DNA of 64,000 bases, from NCBI GenBank assembly GCA_963456685.1, contig CAUOPB010000001.1, forward strand, positions 57,511 through 121,510. Reading direction: 5' to 3'. Source of the stretch: an uncultured Candidatus Saccharibacteria bacterium. GTDB taxonomy: Bacteria; Patescibacteriota; Saccharimonadia; Saccharimonadales; Saccharimonadaceae. The position numbers and the translations under genes are program-made. Positions 1-10,865 of this stretch are shown here, piece after piece. Within the stretch, counting starts at the first letter, position 1. Every line of letters starts with the position of its first letter. Under the pieces are notes generated by a model, which made no database searches, was not told the DNA's origin, and was given only the letters and a program-made list of their open reading frames with translations.

Positions 1-905
1 GGCGCAGTGATGGTAGTTTGCGCCAACACTTGCCTGGCTTTCACCAGATTATTTTCCAGTTCAATAATTCGTTTTTCCGCCGCGATGATTTGGTTACTAA
101 AGGCGCTGTTAGTTTCGGCATTTTGGGTTTGCGACTGATTTTGCGCCTGAGTGAGCGCCGACTGCGATTGCAGCAGTTGCTGATTCTGACCAAGGACGGC
201 GCTGTCAGCGCTAGTGATTCGCTGATCAATATTGCTCAGTTCATTCTGCAGGCGTAGTCTATCGATAGGATTGGCGTTTGGTAATTGCTTTTCAATCTCA
301 GCTTTGCGATTTTTAAGATTTTGCGCGTTGATCTCCAGCTGGTTTTTCGCTTGCTGGTTAAATTGTATTTGCTGCTGATAATTAGAAATCGTACCATTTG
401 CAGCTTGCTGCCTGGCTGCAGAAAGCACGGTTTGCGAACTGGCAAATTGTCGCAACATGGCTTTAGTCTCATCTGGCAAATCTGCGTTGTTGATAATTTC
501 ATCAGTGTTGCCGCCAACAGCTAACCGCCGCAAAATATCGCGCTCGACTCGCGCCGTATTCAGACTTTGATTGGCGGTAGCAACGTCTTTTTCGGCAGTG
601 GTTTTATCAAGCGCCAGCAAAGTTTCGCCTTTTTTGACGCGCTGACCTTCATGCACATTAATATTTGTCACCACGCCAGAAACTGCCGGCTGGATAATTT
701 TAGTGCTACCTTCAGTAGAAATTTTGCCATTAGCTACTGCTACAATATCAATCCTGCCAAAATATGACCACGCCAACGCTACAATCAACAACAATGTAAC
801 CAACCAAACTACCAACGCTCCCAACGTTGCCGCTGGCGTTTCAACAATTTCCTCCGCCGCTGGCAAAAATTCATACTGCAACCGGTCGCGCTTTAGCCAA
901 CTCAT
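1..905 (-). CDS. HlyD-family membrane fusion protein of a type I secretion system (3' end runs off the window)
   Basis: Manual translation from ATG at 905: MSWLKRDRLQYEFLPAAEEIVETP, TM helix, then GRIDIVAVANGKI...KIIQPAVSGVVTNINVHEGQRVKKGETLLALD, long coiled coil, ending ...TTITAP. Overlaps the stop of the upstream ABC gene. Confidence 0.9.
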   Translation of the reverse strand, partial: MSWLKRDRLQYEFLPAAEEIVETPAATLGALVVWLVTLLLIVALAWSYFGRIDIVAVANGKISTEGSTKIIQPAVSGVVTNINVHEGQRVKKGETLLALDKTTAEKDVATANQSLNTARVERDILRRLAVGGNTDEIINNADLPDETKAMLRQFASSQTVLSAARQQAANGTISNYQQQIQFNQQAKNQLEINAQNLKNRKAEIEKQLPNANPIDRLRLQNELSNIDQRITSADSAVLGQNQQLLQSQSALTQAQNQSQTQNAETNSAFSNQIIAAEKRIIELENNLVKARQVLAQTTITA

Positions 906-3226
906 GTTTCGTCTCCTGACTGTTGCCGATGCAGATATGCGTACAAACCATTCTTTTTTAGCAGCACCGCCGGCGTACCATATTCAACCAATTGGCCGCG
1001 ATCAATGGCCATGATTTTATCGACCGATTTGAGCGTCGATAAGCGGTGCGCGATGATGATGACCGTTCGACCCGCGGTGATTTGCTTGAGATTTTTCTGA
1101 ATGATATTTTCCGACTCATAATCCAGCGCTGATGTCGCTTCGTCAAAAATCAGGATTTTAGGATTATGTAGCAGCGCCCGGGCGATAGCGATGCGCTGCT
1201 TTTGCCCGCCGCTCAAGCCCTCGCCTTTTTCGCCAACCATCGTGTCGTAACCGTTTGGCAATTCAGTGATAAACTCATGGGCGCCAGCAATTTTCGCTAC
1301 GCGCACGATATCGTCCATGCTACTACTCGGCACATGCACGGCGATATTATCGCGTATGCTGGCATTAAACAAAAAGTTTTCTTGCAAAACCACACCGATT
1401 TGCCGGCGCAACCAGCTCGGATCGGTAGTAGCAATATCGACACCATCAATCAAAATCTTGCCTGATTCTGGCACGTACAGCCGCTGCAATAATTTGGAAA
1501 TCGTACTTTTGCCCGAACCGCTGCGCCCAACCACGCCGACCACCGTGCCAGGACGAATGCCAAACGACACATCGCGGATGACTTCAGGGCTATCTGGCGC
1601 ATAGCGAAAACGCACGTGTTCGAACCGCACATCGCCAGTGATACTCGGCAGGCGCGACTTGCTCGGATCGAGTGTCGGTTCAGGCTTGGTGTTAAAAATA
1701 TCACCCAACCGCTTCATGGAAATACCCGTTTGCTGAAAATCCTGCCATGACTGCACGAGGCGTAGTACTGGGCCGCTAACTCGACCACTCAGCATCCGAA
1801 AAGCAATCAGCCCGCCGATAGTCAAACTGCCCGCCATCACCATATGCGCACCGACCCACAAAATAGCGATGTCAAAAATCTTTTGAATGAGTTGACCGAG
1901 CGCGCCAGCATTGCCTGACAGCAAATTAGTTTTATAACTAGCGCGAACATAATTACTCAGCCGACCCTCCCAATTTTTCTGCAATTGCGGCTCCAGCGCG
2001 AACGATTTGATAGTCTGCGCGCCAGTGATTGACTCAACCAAATACGATTGAGATTCGGCGCCAGTGTTAAATTTTTCATCTAAACGCTGGCGAAGCAGCG
2101 GCGTGATGACGCCAGATAAAATCGCAAACACCGGCAGACTGCCCAGTACCACCCACGTCAATGTCGCACTATAAAACAACATGACAACGATATAAACAAA
2201 CATAAAACTAATGTCGATCAGCGCGGTCATCGGCGTGCCAGTCAAAAAAGCCCGAATTCGCTCCAACTCCAATACCCGCGCCGTGGTGTCGCCAACTCGA
2301 CGGGTTTCAAAATACCGCAGCGGCAAGGCAAATAAGTGCCGAAACAGCCGCGAACTCAAAATTACGTCAATCCGGCTAGTGGTATGAGTGAAAATATAAT
2401 TACGAGCGATGCCGAGTATTCCCTCAAACAGCGCGATAATCACCAGCCCGCCAACGATGACGTCAAGCGTCGAGACGCTATGATGCGCGAGAGCTTTATC
2501 GATGACGACCTGTGTCAAAATCGGCGTGAAAATGCCAATAATCTGCACTACCAACGCCGCCAGCAAGACTTGCAGTAATGGCTTTTTATATTTGATAATC
2601 GTCGGAATGAACCATTTGAGATTGAATTTCCTGTCTGCCTCTTTCCAGAAACGCTGCGTAAATAGTACTACCTGGCCAGTCCATTTGTCTTGAAAATCCT
2701 TGGCCGACACCACCTGCGGCGGCCCGCCGTTTGGCGGTAAAATGAGGAATTTACTGTTGATGTTTCTACCAGAACCTTTAATTTTGCGGCGACTGTCATT
2801 CTTAATATCAGCAAGTTGCGCCGCCATACTATCCTCGGCAATTTGCGCCAACACCGCGAACTTTTCATTTTTCATACCAACGATTAGCGGTAATGGCAAC
2901 TTCGCTAATTGTTTAGAATTAACCGTAGCCGCCCGCGCCTTCAATTTGAGCGAGCGCGCGGCCCGTAGCATATCCGTTTCACTCATACCCACACGTGGAT
3001 CAATCGCTAACGCGTGAGCAATCTGCTCTGGGTCGGCAGGAATACCATGAAACTGAGCGATGGCCGTGAAACAATACAGACCAGGATCTAACTTGCCGCC
3101 AGACTTTTTATTTTCCAAATCATCATGTAATTTTTCACGATTCTTTGATGCAAACTTAACACTAGCACGCTTTTTAACCGGCGCTGCCTGACTATCCTTA
3201 TCTGATTTTTCTCGCTTACTAACCAC
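902..3226 (-). CDS. Type I secretion ABC transporter, HlyB family (C39-like domain + TMD + NBD)
   Basis: DPGLYCFTAIAQFHG C39-like N-terminus, FNLKWFIPTIIKYKK, Walker [30 protein letters not shown]. Confidence 0.93.
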   Translation of the reverse strand: MVSKREKSDKDSQAAPVKKRASVKFASKNREKLHDDLENKKSGGKLDPGLYCFTAIAQFHGIPADPEQIAHALAIDPRVGMSETDMLRAARSLKLKARAATVNSKQLAKLPLPLIVGMKNEKFAVLAQIAEDSMAAQLADIKNDSRRKIKGSGRNINSKFLILPPNGGPPQVVSAKDFQDKWTGQVVLFTQRFWKEADRKFNLKWFIPTIIKYKKPLLQVLLAALVVQIIGIFTPILTQVVIDKALAHHSVSTLDVIVGGLVIIALFEGILGIARNYIFTHTTSRIDVILSSRLFRHLFALPLRYFETRRVGDTTARVLELERIRAFLTGTPMTALIDISFMFVYIVVMLFYSATLTWVVLGSLPVFAILSGVITPLLRQRLDEKFNTGAESQSYLVESITGAQTIKSFALEPQLQKNWEGRLSNYVRASYKTNLLSGNAGALGQLIQKIFDIAILWVGAHMVMAGSLTIGGLIAFRMLSGRVSGPVLRLVQSWQDFQQTGISMKRLGDIFNTKPEPTLDPSKSRLPSITGDVRFEHVRFRYAPDSPEVIRDVSFGIRPGTVVGVVGRSGSGKSTISKLLQRLYVPESGKILIDGVDIATTDPSWLRRQIGVVLQENFLFNASIRDNIAVHVPSSSMDDIVRVAKIAGAHEFITELPNGYDTMVGEKGEGLSGGQKQRIAIARALLHNPKILIFDEATSALDYESENIIQKNLKQITAGRTVIIIAHRLSTLKSVDKIMAIDRGQLVEYGTPAVLLKKNGLYAYLHRQQSGDET

Positions 3227-3283
3227 TCTCTCCTCTGATTACTGACTATATCAGAGGAAATTATCGACTCAAAGCTTAAACAA

Positions 3284-4042
3284 TTACATCTCGCTCTTAG
3301 CAAAACACATCAAGCCAGCCACAATGCACGGTATGCCAACACAGAGAAAGATCAGCGACATAAAGTTAAACATGGCATTGCCACCAAAACTACTGTCTGG
3401 GCCAACCATTATCTGCGATACTGCGAAAGAAATTGTGATAGCTATGACTAACGGAATACTAAAAAGCCCAAAACCAATTCGCTGCAGCCGCAAGCCGCGC
3501 TCTTGCTGTTTATATTGTGTTTTTGACAACGAAGATGCCGGAAGAGGCTCCCAATATAACCGATCCGGAAGTCGTAGCAATCGCCACAAATATAACAAGC
3601 CAACAGCAGTCACAACGAACAACCCCAGAAATACCCAAGGCGATGTAAGCAATTTCGCGATATAAACAATATCGTATGCATGCAATAATGTAGCAGCCAC
3701 TGCTAATGTATTAAAAATCACGGTAAATACAGGCAAAAGTAATATCACGCTCAGCGCAGTAATACGCTGACGGTAGCGATCCACTCGCCGGTATTGTTTC
3801 AAAATGACAATGCCTTCTACAAACAATAAGGCAATAAATGATAGATAAGCTACAAACAAAGGCGGTACAAAAAACAACGGAACAACAAGAAATGGGTTTG
3901 CTAGCAAACCCACCATCACTGCGCCAAACAGCAACATACCAACCGCTTGGCTAACTATGATGGCTTCATTTTTAACGTTTCGTTCCGGTAGATGCTTATT
4001 AGGCTTTTCGTGTTCAGCAGATGATGCTTTTAAATTTGCCAT
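3284..4042 (-). CDS. Multi-pass membrane protein, unknown function
   Basis: 252 aa ORF with about 6 hydrophobic segments. Confidence 0.7.
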   Translation of the reverse strand: MANLKASSAEHEKPNKHLPERNVKNEAIIVSQAVGMLLFGAVMVGLLANPFLVVPLFFVPPLFVAYLSFIALLFVEGIVILKQYRRVDRYRQRITALSVILLLPVFTVIFNTLAVAATLLHAYDIVYIAKLLTSPWVFLGLFVVTAVGLLYLWRLLRLPDRLYWEPLPASSLSKTQYKQQERGLRLQRIGFGLFSIPLVIAITISFAVSQIMVGPDSSFGGNAMFNFMSLIFLCVGIPCIVAGLMCFAKSEM

Positions 4043-4078
4043 AGTTATTTTATTTTAGCATGTATTGTTGACCTTATG

Positions 4079-4801
4079 CTATTTATCAGCATCAAAGAAC
4101 TGGCGCGCTCGTTCAGTCTTCGGGTGGTCCATTACTTGTTTAGGCGGACCGTCTTCAATGATGTCGCCTTTGTCAAGGAAAATCATCCGTGTGCCAACTT
4201 CACGGGCAAAGCTCATTTCATGCGTGACGATCACCATGGTCATGCCCTGCTTAGCCAAATCGCGCATCACGTCGAGCACTTCTCCAATCATTTCCGGGTC
4301 AAGCGCGCTAGTCGGCTCATCAAACAGCATGACTTCTGGCTCCATAGCGAGCGCCCGAGCGATAGCCACTCGCTGCCGCTGGCCGCCCGACAGATGCTGC
4401 GGATATTCGTTGGCTTTGTTAGCTAAACCAACCTGCTCAAGCAGCTCTTTGGCTCGCCGATTCGCTTTACGATCCGATACTTTGCGTAGTTTCTTAGGCG
4501 CTAATTTGATATTATCTAGCACTGTCATATTAGGGAATAGATTAAATTGCTGAAACACCATACCGATACGCTGGCGGATTTTATTAATATTAACGTGCGG
4601 TTGAGTGATGTCAACGTCATCGACAAAAACCGATCCGTAAGTGGGTTTTTCAAGTAAATTCAAACATCGCAGCAACGTCGATTTACCCGAGCCGCTCGAC
4701 CCGACAATCACTAGCACTTCACCGTCCTCAATCGTCAAATCAATCCCGCGCAACACGTGGTTGGATCCAAAATATTTGCGCAAGTTACGCGTCCTGATCA
4801 T
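4079..4801 (-). CDS. Polar amino-acid ABC transporter ATP-binding protein (GlnQ-like)
   Basis: [46 protein letters not shown]. Confidence 0.95.
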   Translation of the reverse strand: MIRTRNLRKYFGSNHVLRGIDLTIEDGEVLVIVGSSGSGKSTLLRCLNLLEKPTYGSVFVDDVDITQPHVNINKIRQRIGMVFQQFNLFPNMTVLDNIKLAPKKLRKVSDRKANRRAKELLEQVGLANKANEYPQHLSGGQRQRVAIARALAMEPEVMLFDEPTSALDPEMIGEVLDVMRDLAKQGMTMVIVTHEMSFAREVGTRMIFLDKGDIIEDGPPKQVMDHPKTERARQFFDADK

Positions 4802-5507
4802 CAGCTTGCACTCCCTTCTCGAAACGCCGCATCACTTTCGTAAAGATAACCGTCAACGCTAAATACATCACCGCCGCCGCAAACAACGACTGGAATGCTG
4901 TCGCTGTCAACGAGCGGATATCGTCAGCGCCACGCATAATATCACCCAAGCCAATCCAGCCGACCACCGACGTTTCCTTAAGCATAGCAATACACTCGCT
5001 AATCAACGCTGGCAGCGAATTTTTCATCGCTTGTGGCAAAATCACGTAGCGCATCGCTTGCGGATAACTCAAACCTAGCGAACGCGCTGCTTCTAGCTGT
5101 CCATTATCAATACTCTCTATGCCGCCGCGAATGATTTCCGCCACATAAGCGCCACTATTGATACCAAAGGCGATTGCCGCCACGAAAATCTTCGGCATGA
5201 AACGGTACGATCCAAACACTACATAATACATAATGAGCAGCTGTACCAACAGTGGCGTACCGCGAATAATTTCAACGTACAAACGTCCAAGACCAGCTAC
5301 CGGATTCCACCTAGCCAAACGCTTCAGCTGCGGAAAGCGCCCTAGCCAACTAAACGGACGGATTTTTGACACCCGCATCAACGCGATAATTATGCCGATA
5401 ATTACGCCTAATGCCACCGATAATACTGTCAAAACTAATGTTACTTCTAGTCCGTGCCATAGATAAACCCAGCGCCCGTCACTAAAAATCACTTCGCTAA
5501 AATTCAT
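4785..5507 (-). CDS. Polar amino-acid ABC transporter permease
   Basis: [29 protein letters not shown] motif (EAARSLG). Confidence 0.95.
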   Translation of the reverse strand: MNFSEVIFSDGRWVYLWHGLEVTLVLTVLSVALGVIIGIIIALMRVSKIRPFSWLGRFPQLKRLARWNPVAGLGRLYVEIIRGTPLLVQLLIMYYVVFGSYRFMPKIFVAAIAFGINSGAYVAEIIRGGIESIDNGQLEAARSLGLSYPQAMRYVILPQAMKNSLPALISECIAMLKETSVVGWIGLGDIMRGADDIRSLTATAFQSLFAAAVMYLALTVIFTKVMRRFEKGVQADDQDA

Positions 5508-6298
5508 GGCGTCTGCTCCTTCGCCGCACCAAAGTATTTCTGCAACAACGCTTGGTAACGACCGTCGGCTTTCATATTGGCAATCGTTTTGTTGGCATGC
5601 TCGGCCAGTTCGGTATTGCCCTTTTTGAAAGCGATCGCGTAGTTTTCGCTGCTCAGCGGCGTGTTGATAATTTTGAGCGAAGGAAACCCAGAGACGTACT
5701 GCTTAGCCGGCGCATCGTCAATCACCGCTGCGTCAACTTTGCCAGCCGCTAATTCTTGCAAAGCATTCGGCGCTGCCGGGAATTGCACGACTTGCGCTCC
5801 CTTAATTTTAGAAGCTGCTTGGTCGCCCGTGGTACCGAGCTGCACAGCGATTTTCTTGTGTTCTAATTGATATTTATTGGCTATCTTGCTGTTTTTGGGT
5901 ACAATTATTCGCTGCGATGCCTGGTAGTACGGATCCGAAAACAGCGCGTTTTTCTCACGCTCCGAAGTCACCGACATACCGGCCACCGCCATATCGATTT
6001 GCCCGCTCTCAAGCGCTGGCAACAAGCCATCAAACGACATATCTTCGATTTTTAGTTCCTTGCCCATGTCTTTGGCGATAGCTTGCGCCAATTCGACATC
6101 AAAGCCAACCACCTGGCCGCCGTCTTTATACTCAAAAGGTTTAAATGTCGCGTTTGTGCCCATGACCAGCACGTCGGTGTCGTTGGAGATGCTACTGTCG
6201 CGCTGCAGTATATCATACAGCATCCAGCTAATCATCGCTAAAAAGGCCGCTACAAACAGGTAAGTCGCCATTTTTCGTAGTGCTTTTGCCCTTTTCAT
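5504..6298 (-). CDS. Polar amino-acid ABC transporter substrate-binding protein (family 3)
   Basis: GTNATFKPFEY, GFDVELA, FDGLLPALESG, QLGTTG; N-terminal TM anchor. Confidence 0.93.
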   Translation of the reverse strand: MKRAKALRKMATYLFVAAFLAMISWMLYDILQRDSSISNDTDVLVMGTNATFKPFEYKDGGQVVGFDVELAQAIAKDMGKELKIEDMSFDGLLPALESGQIDMAVAGMSVTSEREKNALFSDPYYQASQRIIVPKNSKIANKYQLEHKKIAVQLGTTGDQAASKIKGAQVVQFPAAPNALQELAAGKVDAAVIDDAPAKQYVSGFPSLKIINTPLSSENYAIAFKKGNTELAEHANKTIANMKADGRYQALLQKYFGAAKEQTP

Positions 6299-6356
6299 AA
6301 CTTATAGTATACGCGCATCAAACTAAAAGCGTAAGAGTTTTATCGAATTTTATAAG

Positions 6357-6390
6357 AAAAAGCGTCCCAGCCATCAACTGGAACGCTTTT
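6357..6390 (-). terminator. Intrinsic terminator (possibly bidirectional) after the PadR-ABC operon
   Basis: Minus strand AAAAGCGTTCCAG-loop-CTGGGACGCTTTTT. Confidence 0.7.
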
Positions 6391-6422
6391 CGATAGATTA
6401 TCCTCGGGCCGACACAAACACA

Positions 6423-8645
6423 CTACTCGGTCTGGTTAGCCTCTGCCCGCGTCAGCTTGTCGACCATCGGCAAAATCAAGTAGATACCGATGATGGCCGT
6501 CAGTAGCCCAAGACCAACGATGGCAAAGTAGGTTGGTGTTAACACCGGCTTCAGCGTCGTCGAGAACATTTTCGTAAATACCGCGCCCGTCCAAACACCA
6601 ATACTGCACGATAGAAGAGAAGTAATCAGCAGTGGCGCCACCGACTCAACCATCACCAAGCGTTTCAGTTGAATGAGACGCATACCGCCCAGCCGCAAAG
6701 TGTATAGCGAGCGACGACGCTCCATCAGCCCGCCAATCGTCGAAACGATCAAGCTCGCCACCGCCACGAACAGCGTCACGCCGATACCAACATAAGCCAA
6801 ATCAGCTAACTCGCGAATTGACGGATTGATATGCGGCTGTTTGGCCCATCTTCCGCTAACCACGAAGTTAAAATCGTACTTATTGGCATTGGTCGCTACC
6901 AATGTTCGCAATTTATCAATGTCGTTTTCGTGCTTGACCGTTACCAAATATTCTTTACCGCCGTCAGTAGCGATTTGTTTATCAACCAGCTTAACGTTTT
7001 TAACAACCGGCTCTTCAAAGTTCAGCAGCGCGAATTGATCTGGACTAGCATCACTCGGACAAACATGCTCAGTATAGTTCGCCAAATCGCGGCAGCGAAT
7101 AGCACTACCCTTTTCCTGCGGATAAATCACTGCCACCGAGCTAATATACGGCTGTTGAGCTAGCTTTTGCGCCATGTCATCAGGCAGCGAATGGCTAGAT
7201 ATCATTGCTGTTACAGCTTTCAGCTGCGAATAGCCATTATCCTTAACTGTTTGAGCGTTCAAGCCCTCAATACCGCTGGTCGCCGTCAAGTAAAAACTGC
7301 CAGCAAACAGCGCCAACACCACGCCGCTAACACTGCGAAAAACTGTTTGCGAGTGCACCGCCGTACGCTTGCCAGCAATCAACGCCGAAGCATTATTCGA
7401 CCAGCGCGCCAACAACAGCGCAATCTTATTAGTCAGCCAGCTACCTGCCAAAATCAGCCCGAACATAATCAGCAGCAGCGCCGACGTCATTAGTATTAAC
7501 GGCAAAGCTGACTCCTTATTATCATTCAACCAGTCCATGCCCAGTTTGGAAGACATCCAGGCGAAAATCGCGATACCAATCGCTGGCACGAACACTCGCC
7601 ACATCCGCAATTTTTTAACTTTTTCAACCGACCGCGACACGCCCAGCGGCGAAATTTGCGCCCGCCGCATTCGCCGCCAATTGACAAACATCGTCAGTCC
7701 CAGCGTCAGAACGATAATTAATGTGTATTGCGTGATGCTCAGTTTCAAGTCGCTTGGCCACATACCTTCGCCGTTCATTTTGAAATTAAGCAGCGGCGCT
7801 TGCCATAGCCAAAATATCGTCAAGCCAATCAGCACACCGACCGTCGACGCCAAAAACGACTCCAGCATCAGCACTCGCGCTACCTGTTTTTTAGTAGCGC
7901 CAATCAGCCGCAGCGCCGCATAGCGTTTTTCGCGCTGAGCAGCACCTAATTGCGTCGCTACCGACACGAAAATTACCACTGGGAATAGCAAGATTGTCGC
8001 GCCGACACCCAGAATCATCACGGAAAAAGGATCAAAGGATACCGTCTTTTTACCTTCTTTGTCCGTCTTGTAAATATCCGCAAACGCTGATGGCTGCTGG
8101 CGTGATTTTGCCAAAGTATCAGCTTGCGCCACCTCCTGGCTATCAATGCCGCGCACCATCATCAGCGTATCTGACGTCTCGACATACTCGTCAGGAATTA
8201 GGCCCAAATACTTAGTATTCTTGCCAAACCGCGCCAAAATATTATCCTCAGGATAATCAGCAACTAGCTCTGCTAGCGCTCTCGACAGATAATATTCGCC
8301 CGGACGCGGCGTTTTCATCTTGGCAAACTGCGGCGACTTGTCCGTGCCGTACATCGAGTAAACACTGATCGATTGATCGCGCCACTTCGACGTATTGCCT
8401 GGCTGCCATGCCATAACCTTCAATGGATCGACGCCTTTGACTGGTTTTTGTGAATCCGTATTATTACTTGCATCAGCAGCGATACTGCCAATGACTACGC
8501 GGTTCGAGCGACCCAACAGTCCGTTGGTGCCAGCCACGAAATAACACACCAGCATAATCCCTAGCGCTACTGCTGCCGCTGTTAAGCCTAAACGCACTAC
8601 TGACTGGCGGCCAGATTTTTTGAGTAACATCCAGCTAACACTCAT
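6423..8645 (-). CDS. FtsX-like ABC exporter permease
   Basis: Two FtsX-type domains (REKRYAALRLIGAT; ERRRSLYTLRLGG). Confidence 0.88.
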   Translation of the reverse strand: MSVSWMLLKKSGRQSVVRLGLTAAAVALGIMLVCYFVAGTNGLLGRSNRVVIGSIAADASNNTDSQKPVKGVDPLKVMAWQPGNTSKWRDQSISVYSMYGTDKSPQFAKMKTPRPGEYYLSRALAELVADYPEDNILARFGKNTKYLGLIPDEYVETSDTLMMVRGIDSQEVAQADTLAKSRQQPSAFADIYKTDKEGKKTVSFDPFSVMILGVGATILLFPVVIFVSVATQLGAAQREKRYAALRLIGATKKQVARVLMLESFLASTVGVLIGLTIFWLWQAPLLNFKMNGEGMWPSDLKLSITQYTLIIVLTLGLTMFVNWRRMRRAQISPLGVSRSVEKVKKLRMWRVFVPAIGIAIFAWMSSKLGMDWLNDNKESALPLILMTSALLLIMFGLILAGSWLTNKIALLLARWSNNASALIAGKRTAVHSQTVFRSVSGVVLALFAGSFYLTATSGIEGLNAQTVKDNGYSQLKAVTAMISSHSLPDDMAQKLAQQPYISSVAVIYPQEKGSAIRCRDLANYTEHVCPSDASPDQFALLNFEEPVVKNVKLVDKQIATDGGKEYLVTVKHENDIDKLRTLVATNANKYDFNFVVSGRWAKQPHINPSIRELADLAYVGIGVTLFVAVASLIVSTIGGLMERRRSLYTLRLGGMRLIQLKRLVMVESVAPLLITSLLSCSIGVWTGAVFTKMFSTTLKPVLTPTYFAIVGLGLLTAIIGIYLILPMVDKLTRAEANQTE

Positions 8646-9379
8646 TTGGTAGTCCTCGCACTGGCTTTATTAAGATTTGGCTGGGTATTCTGCGCCATAT
8701 TAACCGCTGCATCCGCGCCGGAAATTTGCCCATCGCGCACGATAATTTCCCGGTCGGCATAGGCGGCAATTGTCGGCTCGTGGGTCACCATAATAACCGT
8801 TGTGCCGTGCTCTTTGGCGGTTTTAATGAATAGCTCCATAACTCTCTCTGAATTCAGACTGTCCAGCGAACCAGTCGGCTCATCAGCGAACAGCACTTTT
8901 GGCTCAATCACCATCGCCCGGGCGATCGCCACGCGCTGCATTTGTCCGCCCGATAATTCACCGAGCATACTGTCAGCTTTACTCGCCAGCTCAACCTTAT
9001 TCAGCCATGTTTTCGCCTGCTGATAGGCCTCTTTACGCTTGACACCGTTAAGCAGTAGCGGCAGCGCCACATTATCCAGTGCTGTCAGCTCTGGCACCAA
9101 CTGTCCAAACTGAAAGACAAAGCCAAAGCTGGTGCGCCGTAAAATACTGCGCTGATCATCGCTCAGTTTGTCAATCCGCCGTCCGTCGAAATCAATCTCG
9201 CCGCTATCAACCTTGGTAATCGCCGCCAAACTATGCAGCAGCGTCGACTTACCAGATCCCGACGGACCCATAATCGCCAGCACTTCGCCCGCCTCGACAT
9301 CCAAGCTGACGCCGCGCAGCGCGTGCGTTTGCCCGAACGACTTCTTAATATTTTTAGCGCTAATTATTGGTTTGCTCAT
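8642..9379 (-). CDS. ABC transporter ATP-binding protein (LolD/MacB-like)
   Basis: GPSGSGKST, GFVFQF, LSGGQMQR, ADEPTGSLD. Confidence 0.93.
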   Translation of the reverse strand: MSKPIISAKNIKKSFGQTHALRGVSLDVEAGEVLAIMGPSGSGKSTLLHSLAAITKVDSGEIDFDGRRIDKLSDDQRSILRRTSFGFVFQFGQLVPELTALDNVALPLLLNGVKRKEAYQQAKTWLNKVELASKADSMLGELSGGQMQRVAIARAMVIEPKVLFADEPTGSLDSLNSERVMELFIKTAKEHGTTVIMVTHEPTIAAYADREIIVRDGQISGADAAVNMAQNTQPNLNKASARTTK

Positions 9380-9902
9380 GCAAAATTTCCTCCTTTAGCC
9401 GCGTTAAACGCGAAATAGTTAATTCAATCCAGCGTAAATCCGCCTCCAAATGATACAACGCATGGTCGATTAGCAGCATATCCGACAAACTGCTATCGCG
9501 CCGCTGCACCGTCAGCTCGCGCATCCGTTGGATGTGCGCCTGCCGTTGGTTATCCAGATACGGTGACGCATCACCGTCTTTCAAAATCGCCAATACCGCC
9601 TTGATATACATCGTCGCTTGCAGCTGTGGCGACGGTGCCTCTGGTGATTCCAGCCATGCCTGCAAATCCTGCTTGCCCTCATCGGTAATTTCATACCGAA
9701 CCCGATCCGGCCCGCCCGATTCGCTGGTATCGGCAATCTCTTTGACCTTGTTATCGCGTTTGAGCCGTGCCAGAGTTGAATATATCTGACCAGTTAAAAT
9801 TGGCTTATCTTTGCCAAAATAACCGTCATATTTTTTCTTCAACTCATAGCCATAATTTGACTCTTCCGCTAAAAAACCTAACAGTGTATATTGAACGCTC
9901 AT
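9360..9902 (-). CDS. PadR-family transcriptional regulator
   Basis: YGYELKK, GQIYSTLARL, YEITDEGK, EADLRWI; likely start MSVQYTLL at 9902. Confidence 0.92.
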   Translation of the reverse strand: MSVQYTLLGFLAEESNYGYELKKKYDGYFGKDKPILTGQIYSTLARLKRDNKVKEIADTSESGGPDRVRYEITDEGKQDLQAWLESPEAPSPQLQATMYIKAVLAILKDGDASPYLDNQRQAHIQRMRELTVQRRDSSLSDMLLIDHALYHLEADLRWIELTISRLTRLKEEILHEQTNN

Positions 9903-9908
9903 ACTCTT

Positions 9909-9962
9909 ACTATACACCCAGTGTTTAGTTATTGCAAGAGTTTTATACACTCGGTGTATAGT
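9909..9962. promoter_or_regulatory. Two palindromic operators, probable PadR autoregulation sites
   Basis: TATACAC-TCG-GTGTATA (9944-9960, perfect) and TATACAC-CCA-GTGTTTA (9911-9927) just upstream of padR. Confidence 0.7.
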
Positions 9963-10007
9963 TTATATCTACTCTCCATGCAAATTACTTAACCTGTATG
10001 CCATCAA

Positions 10008-10775
10008 TCAAATCAAACGATAATGTCCGCGCGAGACAAAATCAATGTAGCCTTTATCGCGTAACATTTGCAGCTGTTGTCTAATTTTATCTTTAATATG
10101 GTTATTCTCTGGATGGGCAGCCGCCAGTTCACTCTCAAAAGCATACATATCGTCAAGTGTAAAATCAGCCCGATCAACCCTTTCTATGCACCGCATAATA
10201 TCAAGCATCCAGCCCCGCACTGACATTTTATTTTCCTCGCGCAAAAATAACATTTTCCGCCATTTCGTTAAGACTTCACTCCGCGGAATCACCACCCCAT
10301 CACGAACCAAGTATATTTTGCCAGAATCTGGGATACTGCTGAGTAGAATATTACAGCCAATCCAGCCAGCCCGGCGAGCCGTCTCGGCTAAAGGTTTTCG
10401 CCGCTCAATAATGCTCGTAGTAAAAAATTGCTTTGGGATAATCATAAAATTGCGAACGTAATAGTCTGGCGTATAACTCAGCAAAAAGAAATTGGGATTA
10501 CTATCTGACTGTAACCGCTCAATCATTTTTCCATATGCCCCATCAACAATTTTCTTGCCAATTTTACCGTTCTTACTTTTCAACTCAAAATCTTCTTGGC
10601 AATTTTGGCAATAGAAATCTGCTACCGGACGATTGTTTTCATAATTTACGAGATGATCTTGGCCGCAATTCGGACAAAAAATCATTCGCTCAACCCAATC
10701 CTCGGTCAAAACACGCACCTTTTGCGAGGCACTAGTATATCTGACGGCTAAGGAAGTATCAAAAGTTAACAACAT
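10008..10775 (-). CDS. DpnI-like methyl-directed restriction endonuclease (Dam-replacing protein family)
   Basis: SQKVRVLTEDWV, CPNCG, NNRPVADFYC..C.EDFELKSK, RRAGWIGCNI, C-terminal winged helix HPENNHIKDKIRQQLQMLRD. Confidence 0.9.
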   Translation of the reverse strand: MLLTFDTSLAVRYTSASQKVRVLTEDWVERMIFCPNCGQDHLVNYENNRPVADFYCQNCQEDFELKSKNGKIGKKIVDGAYGKMIERLQSDSNPNFFLLSYTPDYYVRNFMIIPKQFFTTSIIERRKPLAETARRAGWIGCNILLSSIPDSGKIYLVRDGVVIPRSEVLTKWRKMLFLREENKMSVRGWMLDIMRCIERVDRADFTLDDMYAFESELAAAHPENNHIKDKIRQQLQMLRDKGYIDFVSRGHYRLI

Positions 10776-10865
10776 AATTTACATACAGAATACCACCTCC
10801 TGCCCCAAGAACAAAGAACCAAGGATAGTCCAATTCTCCAAATTTTAGCGTATAATAAGAATCAT

